Positions 47,332 to 57,176 of a stretch of 64,000 nucleotides of DNA are shown here, in pieces. Every line of letters starts with the position of its first letter. Position 1 is the first letter of the stretch. The stretch comes from Candidatus Latescibacterota bacterium (GTDB lineage: Bacteria > Latescibacterota > UBA2968): positions 1,504,001 through 1,568,000 of the forward strand of contig OZ242195.1 of assembly GCA_965205975.1 (NCBI GenBank), given 5' to 3'. The position numbers and the translations under genes are program-made. The notes below the pieces were generated by a model. That model was not told where the DNA came from. It ran no database searches and worked only from the letters and a program-made list of their open reading frames with translations.

Positions 47332-48476
47332 CAAGGACGTCCTCCGAGCAGATTCTTCTGCCAAAGTTCACCTGAGGTAAAGCTTTCCTCAAGCCATACT
47401 CGATAATCATCCGGTGCCAATTTGCGAAATTCAGTACGACCATCCTCCATATCCAACACAAAGATCTCATCGAGATCGAATGCGTCAACAAGCAAGGGCG
47501 ATTGCGTTGCTACAATGACCTGCCTTTTCTTAGACAGGGCCTTTATCATACCCCCAATCAAGGCAATTGCTGCCGGATGCAAGCCCAATTCTGGCTCATC
47601 TAACAGAAGAACATCGGGCAACATCTCCAGTGGAAGATTGAGGAGTGTCACCAGGGCGAAGAACCGCAGTGAGCCATCAGATGTGAGATGTGCGCCAAAG
47701 GTCTTGTCCATTCCTCTGGCCTTCCAGCGCAACAACACTTTTCCATAGCTCTCCTCAATTGCAAAACGATCAAAGCCCGGTAGGATCCGACCAATGTGCT
47801 TACAGATCAGTTCAAAGCGCTTGATGTCTTCCCACTCCAACCGATGCAGTACAGCAGCCAAGTTCCCTCCATGACTAAGAAGCTGATTGTTGTCCTCCAC
47901 ATCCCAACTCGTTTTGAAGTTCGAGGCATAGGAAGTATCGTGAAACTGATATACCGAACAACTCCGTAACAAGCTGACAATGAACTGGGTGGTAAAACGA
48001 TGATTCGCCAGAGGCGCGTGAGGTGGTATATCTTCGACTATCTTGGCCTCTGAGTGACCTCTTCCGAGATATTGCCAGTCTGCGGCGGTGCGGCGGAATG
48101 CCTCTTCCGTGAATATAAAACGGTCAGGCTGAGCATAAGCGAGTGAGATATGATAATCATACTGGGCTTCAGTGGGTTGCATGGTTACCGTCTCGATAGC
48201 TGTTGTTCGCATAGTTATCGTGGCTCTCATTTCCGGACTACGCTTGCTACCGCCAAACAACTGATCATCGGCCCCTCCTTGCATCGCGGCAAATTCACCG
48301 AGTCTGCGAGGACCGAGCATCCAGCTCAGCATTTCAAAAAAGCGAATAAAATTGGACTTGCCAGAACCATTGGCACCAATTAAGACCGCCGCTTTGGGAA
48401 TACCCAAAAGCTCGACATCTGCTAATGATCGGAATCCCTGAATACGGACCTGATCTATGAAGGTTGTTTTATTCAT
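47331..48476 (-). CDS. ABC-type ATPase (AAA_21/SMC-like)
   Basis: GANGSGKS, SDGSLRF, LLLDEPELGLHP and ATQSP. Confidence 0.9.
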   Translation of the reverse strand: MNKTTFIDQVRIQGFRSLADVELLGIPKAAVLIGANGSGKSNFIRFFEMLSWMLGPRRLGEFAAMQGGADDQLFGGSKRSPEMRATITMRTTAIETVTMQPTEAQYDYHISLAYAQPDRFIFTEEAFRRTAADWQYLGRGHSEAKIVEDIPPHAPLANHRFTTQFIVSLLRSCSVYQFHDTSYASNFKTSWDVEDNNQLLSHGGNLAAVLHRLEWEDIKRFELICKHIGRILPGFDRFAIEESYGKVLLRWKARGMDKTFGAHLTSDGSLRFFALVTLLNLPLEMLPDVLLLDEPELGLHPAAIALIGGMIKALSKKRQVIVATQSPLLVDAFDLDEIFVLDMEDGRTEFRKLAPDDYRVWLEESFTSGELWQKNLLGGRP

Positions 48477-48548
48477 CGCATATTCTCCATACACGGAAGC
48501 CTCCAGCAGCACATCGGTCAATGAAAAATCTCATTGCTCATCACTCCA

Positions 48549-48845
48549 TCAAACCGTTGGATGTAGTTCATAGCGATTAACCCGGATCTGATCTTCTCTC
48601 TTACGCGCTTGCACCAGATTATAGGCGGTCTGACGACGCAGCCAGAATTCGGCGTTGGACCATCCAGCCTTTTCCAACCGAATAGCCATCTCCGGAGAAA
48701 TAGCCGCGTGACCATTTAATACGCGTGAAAGCGTATGACGGGCTACCCCCAAAACCTTTGCTGCTTCGGTAATATTCAGACCGAGGGGTTCCAGACAGTT
48801 CTCTTTGATGCTAAGGCCCGGATGTAGTGGATTCTTCATAGCCAT
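48549..48845 (-). CDS. higA: HigA-family antitoxin (orphan)
   Basis: PLHPG, HTH, and ISPEMAIRL...AEFWL..Q..Y.L. Confidence 0.9.
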   Translation of the reverse strand: MAMKNPLHPGLSIKENCLEPLGLNITEAAKVLGVARHTLSRVLNGHAAISPEMAIRLEKAGWSNAEFWLRRQTAYNLVQARKREDQIRVNRYELHPTV

Positions 48846-48878
48846 CGATATCTCTGATCTTCCTTCAACGGGTATTCA

Positions 48879-49199
48879 CTATTGATTCAAGCTTTTCTGG
48901 ATAGTTCCCAGGTCTCGATTGAGGTCTTCGAGATCGTATTGGGCTGGTACTTTTCTGGCACGCGCATAGTCCATCATCTCCCATAAGGAAACACCAGCAT
49001 CACGAGCAGCGCGTGCAAGTGTGAGCTTTCCATCCCCGTATAGACGGGCGTAGTGCTCCAACTTCCATTGCTGGATTGCTTTTGCCAGCAGGCGCCTCAC
49101 AGTAGTCGAGCGGTCAGACTGCTCGACATCCTCAATGAGTTCCAATTCACGCACTAATTCCAAAGGGAGCCTGGTACTTATCATACGTTCCTTTTTCAT
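48879..49199 (-). CDS. RHH + UPF0175-like antitoxin (orphan)
   Basis: ISTRLP, DRSTTVRRLL and LYGDGKLTLARAARDAGVSLWEM. Confidence 0.8.
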   Translation of the reverse strand: MKKERMISTRLPLELVRELELIEDVEQSDRSTTVRRLLAKAIQQWKLEHYARLYGDGKLTLARAARDAGVSLWEMMDYARARKVPAQYDLEDLNRDLGTIQKSLNQ

Positions 49200-49261
49200 A
49201 GCTTCGCCTCCCGTGCTCCTGCTTGACGTTCTGGCTATAGCCTACTCTATGTTCTCCACTG

Positions 49262-50161
49262 CTACTGCACTCCGAACAGCGCGAAGGAGAAATTTGGTGC
49301 TGGATCGACAAGGTCGCTTCTGTCTTGTAGATAACGGTGTTTTTGCGCCTCGGACGGAATGGTCTCTATCTCCACAAAGCCAATGCGCGACATCTCGTCA
49401 TTCAATTCCTCGGGCGTAAACACAGACAACATCGGCTCCCCGCGGCGAGCTACAAATCGGTCCAACCTATCGGCGAAAGGCAAGCTCTCTTCGGGGATAA
49501 GATGCCTGGCGAGCTTATAATCGAAAACAATGCGGCTGCCCGGCCCGGCAACATCTGCAACGCGACCAAGCGTCTCCTGTATCGCATCCTTTGTGAGATA
49601 ATAGGTCGTTCCCAACCATGAAAAAAAGGCGGGCTTCTCTGGATCGAATCCCGTCCGGATAAGTGCCTCATTTAGCTGGTCGGTCTCAAAATCAATGGGA
49701 ACAAATACCAGATTGGACGGAACATCGCCGTTGACCGCGCGCACCTGTTTCTCTTTTGTCGCCTGAGTCGCGGGATGATCCAACTCGAATATCCGCACGC
49801 TATCCACAAGCTCCTTGTGGCGCATGGAAAACGTATCGAGACCCGCACCGAGGATCACATATTGTCCAACACCCTCCGATATCGCCTCCATGAGACGGTC
49901 TTCGGCATATCTGGCCCGCAGGATAACCTCGGTGTGTACGGGACGAAAAGACTGGAAAACTTTGTGGACAACGAACCAGCTAAGCAGTCTATTCTTGGCG
50001 ATCACACGCCAGATAAACGGTATCATGTCAACCGCATAATCATCGGCAAAAACCGGGGATTTGCTCTGCTGTTGATGATACGCACGTACACTTGCTGCGA
50101 GTGCCGCCGTCTTGCTCGTCCTGTGCTTGTGAGCGGATATTCCAGATTGAAGTGAAGACAT
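49262..50161 (-). CDS. SAM-dependent methyltransferase (LCM family)
   Basis: TA...A..RA, QYVILGAGLDT, FELDHPATQ, VPIDF and WLG...YL. Confidence 0.9.
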   Translation of the reverse strand: MSSLQSGISAHKHRTSKTAALAASVRAYHQQQSKSPVFADDYAVDMIPFIWRVIAKNRLLSWFVVHKVFQSFRPVHTEVILRARYAEDRLMEAISEGVGQYVILGAGLDTFSMRHKELVDSVRIFELDHPATQATKEKQVRAVNGDVPSNLVFVPIDFETDQLNEALIRTGFDPEKPAFFSWLGTTYYLTKDAIQETLGRVADVAGPGSRIVFDYKLARHLIPEESLPFADRLDRFVARRGEPMLSVFTPEELNDEMSRIGFVEIETIPSEAQKHRYLQDRSDLVDPAPNFSFALFGVQ

Positions 50162-50190
50162 ACTAATCCTTCTTTCGTCGTCAGCCCTGC

Positions 50191-50583
50191 TCACACTCGC
50201 TCTTCTACCCATCGGACGACAGTTTCTGCGATCTCCACGGCATCCATGTATTCCTGTTCTTCAACCGGATTGGACAATCCCGGATAGCGTGTATCCACAG
50301 CATATGGAGTGAGTCTTGCAGCGCGGCGGACCGGATTCGGAACCGTCTCTCCATCATCTTCAAGTATGGACAATAACAGGGCCAAGTTGTGTACATAAGG
50401 GAAATCGATGTCACGCGAAATCATCACAGCCTTGATGGCTTTCTCAGCAGCCTGCTGAGCTTCAAAGCACAAATCCTCCAGGTAGGCATCGGGCACGCGG
50501 TTCCTCGCCATAGCGAGATTGCTTCTGGCACGATTCAACCACTCTCGTGGATCATCGGGTGAAAAACGCTCAGGTGGCTTCAT
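50191..50583 (-). CDS. HEPN-domain protein
   Basis: WL.RA, F.AQQAAEKAIKA, HNL..L and TRYP. Confidence 0.9.
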   Translation of the reverse strand: MKPPERFSPDDPREWLNRARSNLAMARNRVPDAYLEDLCFEAQQAAEKAIKAVMISRDIDFPYVHNLALLLSILEDDGETVPNPVRRAARLTPYAVDTRYPGLSNPVEEQEYMDAVEIAETVVRWVEERV

Positions 50584-50893
50584 ATACTACCCGTCCTTCC
50601 TGCAGGGCAGGCTTGATGACCAAAGCATGGCTATTCTTGTAGCGTTCTACATCCGCTGGCGAGACCAGAATCGCATCAACCGCGACGCTCACACCGTACA
50701 GATTTTCGTAAATACGAGCCCTGAGATCCGCGTCTCCTCCCTCTTTGACGATGAGCAGATCGACGTCACTATGCCGCGTCATCGCGCCTCGCACGGCGGA
50801 TCCAAATAGGATAATCAGCTGCGGCTGCGCAACCTCCACGACGCGCTGAATGATGTCATCCAACGTATTCTGGTCAAGTCTCTGTTTCCCCAT
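50570..50893 (-). CDS. Minimal nucleotidyltransferase (MNT)
   Basis: ILFGS..RG.....SDVDLL. Overlaps HEPN, forming an MNT-HEPN TA pair. Confidence 0.9.
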   Translation of the reverse strand: MGKQRLDQNTLDDIIQRVVEVAQPQLIILFGSAVRGAMTRHSDVDLLIVKEGGDADLRARIYENLYGVSVAVDAILVSPADVERYKNSHALVIKPALQEGRVVYEAT

Positions 50894-51025
50894 GGCGTTT
50901 CCTGTCTTATCAAACCAACATTGCCCATTTGCTCCGTTCCCCTCGCCCGCAACGGATTGAGAATGCGTTTCGAATTCTCTGATGCCGCGTAAGCATCTAT
51001 CGAAGGGAGCCCCTCTCTGATTACG

Positions 51026-51997
51026 TCAATCCTTCCAGATCATCACCACAGCCATTGTTTCATCAAGACGCGTGTACAACAAATCAAATGCTTCAGCAGC
51101 GTCCTCAAAATCAAAACGATGGGTCACCATTGTCCGCGTCTGGATCTTATCTTCCATCAACAACTGGATCGCCGTATCCGACCCCTGTGGCCGGTACGCG
51201 CCGTCCAGATATCCTCCAATCAGGCGTTTGCCCTGAATTTTTGACGAATCCAGAGGCAGTGGCTCACCCTCATACAATCCCACAACCTGCAACAACCCAC
51301 CCCCACGCACCATATCTTGCGCCTGTGCAAATGCCTGTGCGCCCGCGCGTCCCCCCACTGCTTCAACCACAACATCCGCACCCCGACCATCAGTAAGCTC
51401 TTTCACCGCTGCAATCGGATCGGTATCGCCCGCATTTACCACAGCACTCGCACCCAACTGTTCGGCCAAATCACAGCGCAGGGACAAGGCATCGACCGCA
51501 ATCACCCGGCAATCGTGCAAATGCCGCGCAACCTGCATACAGCAACTCCCCACCAGACCTTGTCCCAAAATCGCCATGGTATCGTCTGGACCAGCCCCAG
51601 TGTCCCGCATCCACAGCACCGAACTCGTAGCCAGGGGCCAAAAAGTCGCCGCCTCGGATGTAACCGCATCGGGTAGCGATACCACTGCTGGTTTATGGCG
51701 CGAATTGACAACCTCAACAGCCACGTACTCGGCATGCGGTGCCAGAGCCGCTACCCTTTCTCCCATCGAAAAATCATCTACCTGCGCCCCCACCTGCACA
51801 ATCGTTCCAGCGAGCGAATATCCCATCATCTGGTGATCAATCGCCTCTTCTCGCACATACCGCCGCCAGATCTCAGATCCCCTGCTAATCAGCGTGCGTT
51901 CCGTTCTGATAAGCACCTCTGTCTGTCGAATCTCTGGCAAAGGCACATCTTCAATCTCGACATGGTACGCGCCTTCGGGTTTAATCACGCGTTTCAT
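51026..51997 (-). CDS. MDR/zinc-binding alcohol dehydrogenase-like
   Basis: ISRGSE, GYS.AG, GQGLVG and GADVVVEAVG. Confidence 0.88.
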   Translation of the reverse strand: MKRVIKPEGAYHVEIEDVPLPEIRQTEVLIRTERTLISRGSEIWRRYVREEAIDHQMMGYSLAGTIVQVGAQVDDFSMGERVAALAPHAEYVAVEVVNSRHKPAVVSLPDAVTSEAATFWPLATSSVLWMRDTGAGPDDTMAILGQGLVGSCCMQVARHLHDCRVIAVDALSLRCDLAEQLGASAVVNAGDTDPIAAVKELTDGRGADVVVEAVGGRAGAQAFAQAQDMVRGGGLLQVVGLYEGEPLPLDSSKIQGKRLIGGYLDGAYRPQGSDTAIQLLMEDKIQTRTMVTHRFDFEDAAEAFDLLYTRLDETMAVVMIWKD

Positions 51998-52027
51998 GAA
52001 GACCTCCCGATGGTAGGTAGCACTCCC

Positions 52028-53947
52028 TCAGTCCCCAGCCCTCAGCATTACCCAATCATACATCGCCCCAGCACGCTCCACAACGCGATCCACATCTTCG
52101 CGCAACATCAATCGCTCCCCCACCAGACCTCGTGCTGCTTGTGCCACACAGTCCAAATACGCTTCGCGGCTGCCATAGCGTTTAGCAATCGATAGTCGCG
52201 AATCACCATCGCGCCCATCCTCATCGCGCGCAAATGGCACCCACATCCCATCCAGGCCAACAAGCGCATCGGTCGCGCCGCGTTGTCGATACCGCCACCC
52301 CGTAAATGTACCCAAAGGCGCGACCACCTCGGGCATACGAATACCAGCAATCTCATTGCCATCTTCATCGACCTGGGGCACGCGCACCCCAAAAGGACAC
52401 CCTTTTTCAGGCGGCTCGATATCGATAATCCCATCATCCCATCTGTCCCCCCAATTCAATCGCAAAGGTCGCCGCATACGCCTGGGACTTTGTAAGTCGG
52501 GAATAGTGGGAAATTTTAAATCGTCTGCATCTACCAGAGAACCATCCGCAATGCGGCCATACCTGCTCTCAGGTGGGACAACGCCCTCGCGCACCCAGCG
52601 GTCTAACGCAACGAGAAGCGCGCGCTCTGCATAGCGAAAATTCACGGGATTTGGGGGCACTGTTAGACGCGGCTTTTTGGGCACATCACCCGGACCGTGT
52701 TTTGTACTTGCAAAATGATAAACGCGGACCGACGGATGAACCTCCACATCCTCTTGCCCGCGTACATCTGTGTGAATCAAAGACGCACCGCGATTCCAGT
52801 ATTCGGTTGAGGTATTGGTATAAAAAATGCGAGGTGTCACCCCCGCAGCATCACAGCGATCCAACAAGCCACCCTTCTCCTCGGTTTCGGGATCTGTTTG
52901 CGGTAAATCCGTAAACGGAAACCACTCCGTGGGATACAACGCATCAAAATGCGCGCTGGCATGCCGCGAAGGCTGTGCAAACCGATGATTAAACGATCCC
53001 CGCGCGCCGCCTGCAACATTGGCAAACACCCCATCGAAAACCTTTCGCCCAGCTTCATCCCCATTAAAGCCTTCATACAATAGATGCCGCAAAAAACGCC
53101 CACTTTGCGACGACCCAAAAGCATAAGCCCGCTCAATCGCATTGCCCAGTGGATTGCCATCTGTTCCGTACTTCAAAAACGATATAAAATCCCGGGTCGC
53201 GGCAAAACCCATTCCCATCACAGTTGGATTTTTGCCCGTATAAACCAGATTGTAAATGCGCCCCGGTTCAAATCCCTGTGGAAATCGGATCGCAGCGCGC
53301 CCATCTCCCAACCGATCAAACGCCCATTGATCGCGCCCAATTTCCTCGGCTTCATCATACGGATACGCCCGCACAGTGAGCACCGCATCGCCATCTTCCA
53401 CAGGTTCATAGGGATCGTGATAGCGACTCCCCAGAGAATGCAAATCCGTCTCTGCATCAACGACAATCTCACACGACACAGGACCCGTAACATCGACCAC
53501 TGGTGCGTCCAATGTCATCAAATTGGCAGCACCCTCTGCTTCAGGCGGCACATCGGCCTGCCACCCACACGCGGCAAGCGTATAACCCTGCCGCATCAAA
53601 AAGCCATCGCCAAAATGTGCGGCAGCCTCCGGCATATTCGCCCCCGATGCCAGATTAAACATCGGCAAAATATTTTTCCGCCCGCGATTGACCACATTGT
53701 AAAACACAGTACGGTTGCCCCGGGCGACATCAACCGGCTTGAGCAAATGCACATCGGCTCGAAAGATCACCCACCCGCTCTCGTCAACGGGCGCGAGATT
53801 TAAATCGACAATCGCCTCGTTTTGTTTGTGATTGGGATCAAGCGCGAACCACGCACTGCCACACAGCGCCTCATAAGCACCCACAGCACCGTATAACTTG
53901 CCATCGAGCACAGTTTTCCGAGAAGTAATTTCCAATTGCGTGAGCAT
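52028..53947 (-). CDS. Alpha/beta hydrolase domain protein
   Basis: VVNRG, GWQ.D, G.SQSGR, TSTEYW and DEDGNE.AG. Confidence 0.8.
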   Translation of the reverse strand: MLTQLEITSRKTVLDGKLYGAVGAYEALCGSAWFALDPNHKQNEAIVDLNLAPVDESGWVIFRADVHLLKPVDVARGNRTVFYNVVNRGRKNILPMFNLASGANMPEAAAHFGDGFLMRQGYTLAACGWQADVPPEAEGAANLMTLDAPVVDVTGPVSCEIVVDAETDLHSLGSRYHDPYEPVEDGDAVLTVRAYPYDEAEEIGRDQWAFDRLGDGRAAIRFPQGFEPGRIYNLVYTGKNPTVMGMGFAATRDFISFLKYGTDGNPLGNAIERAYAFGSSQSGRFLRHLLYEGFNGDEAGRKVFDGVFANVAGGARGSFNHRFAQPSRHASAHFDALYPTEWFPFTDLPQTDPETEEKGGLLDRCDAAGVTPRIFYTNTSTEYWNRGASLIHTDVRGQEDVEVHPSVRVYHFASTKHGPGDVPKKPRLTVPPNPVNFRYAERALLVALDRWVREGVVPPESRYGRIADGSLVDADDLKFPTIPDLQSPRRMRRPLRLNWGDRWDDGIIDIEPPEKGCPFGVRVPQVDEDGNEIAGIRMPEVVAPLGTFTGWRYRQRGATDALVGLDGMWVPFARDEDGRDGDSRLSIAKRYGSREAYLDCVAQAARGLVGERLMLREDVDRVVERAGAMYDWVMLRAGD

Positions 53948-54000
53948 TAACCCGCTCCAATTCTCAAAAATTCTCTGCCAGTTCCGATAAACCCCACGAC

Positions 54001-54936
54001 CTAAAGCGCAGTGAGATCAAAGGGATTGGACCACGCCTTGTCGCCATTTGGTGCAATAATCTCAAAACGCACGTATTTTGAGTCGGGCCGCAGCTTGAAA
54101 GTGGCGGTCTCAAACAGCTTACCGCCCTCATAGTATTCGGTCCCCCTCGAATCTAATACCGCGGCAATGCGCTGTGCAGATGAACATTTTACCGTGACTT
54201 CAACCGTGCGCCCTTCCCCACTATGCAACCGAATATCAAAAATCTGTGGACCCGTTGACGCATAACCCGCGCCAGATTCCAGTGCTTCGACAATGGCTTC
54301 GGGAGATCGTTCCTTCACACGCACCATAGTCCAGCCCTGATACGTATCGCGATCTTCTGAATCAGCCGCGTGAGAATCGTCATTGCCCAGTGCCGGGAGC
54401 AACTGTCCCGACAAATCCATCCAATCGTCCCAGTGCACAGAAGACTCACCCCGCCCGGCGCACCGACAGGTCGTATTAAAAACTTCTATCCCCGCCAAAC
54501 CCGTCAGCGGCATTGTATCGCGCAAAATATTGACCCCACTCCAGTGCGGATGTGCGAGCCAGATCGAGCCGCCCTGCTTTTTTACTTCATCAATCACATG
54601 TTGCGGGGGCATCGCCCGAGCATCCATATCCTCCAAAATATTAAGTGCCACAAAATGATGGCGGTCGCCACCAAAGGGATTATCGGGATGCAATTCAGCA
54701 CCCTGAATAAGCGTAAAATTTTCAGGACAGGTCAGCGTTTCGACAAATGTGATATTGTTGTGATCGGATACGCATAAATAATCATAACCCTGATGGACAT
54801 ACCCATCCACGCGTTCTTGGGGGGAAACCTTCCCATCCGAATTTGTCGAATGGCTGTGCAAATTTCCCTTCAGCCACATATAACCATCGCCATCAGATAA
54901 AACAAACGGATTTACCAACCCATTTTTATCGGGCAT
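54001..54936 (-). CDS. CehA/McbA-family PHP metallohydrolase
   Basis: KGNLHSHS..SDG, SDHN, AHP, EVFN, DDSH and AWSNP. Confidence 0.88.
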   Translation of the reverse strand: MPDKNGLVNPFVLSDGDGYMWLKGNLHSHSTNSDGKVSPQERVDGYVHQGYDYLCVSDHNNITFVETLTCPENFTLIQGAELHPDNPFGGDRHHFVALNILEDMDARAMPPQHVIDEVKKQGGSIWLAHPHWSGVNILRDTMPLTGLAGIEVFNTTCRCAGRGESSVHWDDWMDLSGQLLPALGNDDSHAADSEDRDTYQGWTMVRVKERSPEAIVEALESGAGYASTGPQIFDIRLHSGEGRTVEVTVKCSSAQRIAAVLDSRGTEYYEGGKLFETATFKLRPDSKYVRFEIIAPNGDKAWSNPFDLTAL

Positions 54937-54959
54937 AACAAACTCCTTGAGTTAATTAT

Positions 54960-56093
54960 TCACTCCTGCCACCAGATCTTCCCATTGCGAACAGACGCGC
55001 GACAAACCAATCGCTGCTCCCCCATCAACACCTGCTGCATCGAATCGGTCAACTCAAATGTCCCATTTTCCAATTCAAATACAGAGACATCACCCGCAGC
55101 ACCAAGACCCAGGTGCCCGAGATCATCCTCTCGATCAATCACCTGTGCCGGTTCAATGGTTGAGCGTTGAATCACTTCCTTGAGCGACATGCCCAAATTC
55201 AGAAACTTGGACATCGTCGTCGGCAAATCGTAAACGGGACCATTGATATTATACGAATGGATATCACTGCTGATGGTATCGGGCGGAAAACCATCTTCCA
55301 TAGCTGCGCGTCCCACATCGTAACTAAAACTGCCCAACCCGTGACCAATGTCAAAAATCACCCCGCGATCGCGCGCATCCCACGCCTCAGAAATCACCTT
55401 TCCCCGATTGTCGATAATCGACGCGGGCTGTGTCCCGTGAAAACAATGGGTCACAATATCGCCCGGGCGCAAAGGCTGAATCAGGTCACGCAAAGGCACA
55501 TCGGCATTGCTGATATGAACCATCAGGGGTTTTTCGCACCGATTGGCAGCCTCCAGGGCAATTTGCAACAAATCGCGTATATCCGCATCGCCGCCCACAC
55601 CTTTGTACAAACGCACCTTAACGCCCAATGCTGTTTTCGGGTGATTCAAAACCACTTGTGCGCACTCGCTGGCCGACACATAGCCTTCATACACCATCTC
55701 GCCGCGCCGCCAGGGCAAACCAACACCCGACAGATTGACATAGGCCAAAATGCGCGTTGAAGAAGGCTCGATCACATAGCGTTCCAATCCGCGATAATTA
55801 ATCCATCCCGCTGTCCCCGTATCCACGCTCGTTGTCACACCCGTGCGCGGGCACAAATCATCGGCCTCTATGCCAAAACTCGATACATCTTTGTACACAT
55901 GGGTATGCAAATCAATCAGCCCCGGCATTACGAGACACTCGCTTGCATCAATTACTGAATCGGCCTCACACATATCGCGCCCAATAGCTGCCACCACGCC
56001 ATCCTTCAACGCCACATCCAATGCGCCATGCACGCCATTAGCCGGATCTATCACCGTACCACCAGTTATCAATACATCGTATTGATCAGCCAT
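54960..56093 (-). CDS. Amidohydrolase/deacetylase (dihydroorotase-like)
   Basis: PGLIDLHTH, GVTT.VD.G, MVH, THCF, DIGHG and ISSD. Confidence 0.88.
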   Translation of the reverse strand: MADQYDVLITGGTVIDPANGVHGALDVALKDGVVAAIGRDMCEADSVIDASECLVMPGLIDLHTHVYKDVSSFGIEADDLCPRTGVTTSVDTGTAGWINYRGLERYVIEPSSTRILAYVNLSGVGLPWRRGEMVYEGYVSASECAQVVLNHPKTALGVKVRLYKGVGGDADIRDLLQIALEAANRCEKPLMVHISNADVPLRDLIQPLRPGDIVTHCFHGTQPASIIDNRGKVISEAWDARDRGVIFDIGHGLGSFSYDVGRAAMEDGFPPDTISSDIHSYNINGPVYDLPTTMSKFLNLGMSLKEVIQRSTIEPAQVIDREDDLGHLGLGAAGDVSVFELENGTFELTDSMQQVLMGEQRLVCRASVRNGKIWWQE

Positions 56094-56101
56094 ATCTATC
56101 C

Positions 56102-57100
56102 TCACGATCGCTCTGCAATATACGTTTCGGCATCAATTTTTTCCGCAGCAATCAATTCGCGAAACAGCGCCACAGTTTCGGCCACGCCTTCTGTCAGCGG
56201 CTTGTGAGTCACTGTGCCAATCGCAGCCTCTAATCCACTCCCATCGACTTCCTGAGGAAACGGCAACTGGATATCTTCAAATGTGATCTTATCCGCTGCC
56301 TCGGGTGCTACCCGATCAATCGCATCTTTCACATCCTGCATATCGGGAGCAAATCCACCCAAATTAAACGCCCCAGCACCAGCGTAATCAGCCCGTGCAG
56401 CCTGAATAAACGCGCGCGCCGTATCATCGGCATATTGAAAAACCGTGCGCCCGCCATAAGAAATGTGATAGGGCAAGTTCGCAGCGGCTGCGAGCATGGC
56501 CGTCGTTGGCGTTGAAGTAATACCCTGATCGCGCCCCACCCCATAGACCACATAGGGCCGAAAACCGATAGAAGACACCTCTTCATCGAGCCAATACACA
56601 TGCGCGGTTCCCTCATTCGCCTGTTTGTACACGCCGTAATGCGTATGGGGCATCAGCGAGGAATCGTCTTGCATCACAGCACCCGGTTCGTAGTCTTCGG
56701 GCGCGCCAAAAACAGCGACAGAGCTTGCATAGACCACTTTGCCAATGCGCTCTTGCCGGCGTTTCACAGCTTCAAAAACATTTGCAGTACCCACCACATT
56801 GACGCGCGCGCCGAGCGGAGGATCGGCTTTGCAAAACGGCACTTGAAGCCCAGCCAGATGAATGACATGCGTAATCTCATTATCGTCTAACGCCCGTTCA
56901 AAAGCGGGCAAATCCGCAATATCGCCTGCGACAAAATTTACCTGCGCCAGTTCGTCATCTGACAGCAACAATTGCAACCGCTGAGGCTCTGTCGCCAGAT
57001 CAAATACCGTGACCGGCACCTCTTCGCGCACGAGGTTATGCACAGCCCAGGCACCAATACACCCCAATGCACCCGTAACTAAAAAACGATCATCAGCCAT
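56102..57100 (-). CDS. NAD-dependent epimerase/dehydratase (SDR)
   Basis: TGALGCIG, IHLAG, YASS and YGVYK. Confidence 0.9.
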   Translation of the reverse strand: MADDRFLVTGALGCIGAWAVHNLVREEVPVTVFDLATEPQRLQLLLSDDELAQVNFVAGDIADLPAFERALDDNEITHVIHLAGLQVPFCKADPPLGARVNVVGTANVFEAVKRRQERIGKVVYASSVAVFGAPEDYEPGAVMQDDSSLMPHTHYGVYKQANEGTAHVYWLDEEVSSIGFRPYVVYGVGRDQGITSTPTTAMLAAAANLPYHISYGGRTVFQYADDTARAFIQAARADYAGAGAFNLGGFAPDMQDVKDAIDRVAPEAADKITFEDIQLPFPQEVDGSGLEAAIGTVTHKPLTEGVAETVALFRELIAAEKIDAETYIAERS

Positions 57101-57109
57101 AATTCCCTC

Positions 57110-57151
57110 TAAAAAAAAATCCGCTGGCATGCACAACCACCAACGGATTTT
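57110..57151 (-). terminator. Rho-independent terminator
   Basis: Minus strand AAAATCCGTTGG...CCAGCGGATTTT followed by a T-run. Confidence 0.65.
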
Positions 57152-57176
57152 CGTTATTAAAATAAACCCTTTGCGA

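Noticed and set aside
41441..48476. Retron or other RT-linked system for the ATPase pairs
   Set aside because: No reverse transcriptase or msr/msd-like region is seen in the window.
50894..51025. Gene fragment or att site at the right edge of the TA cluster
   Set aside because: No recognisable translation and no matching direct repeat found by eye.
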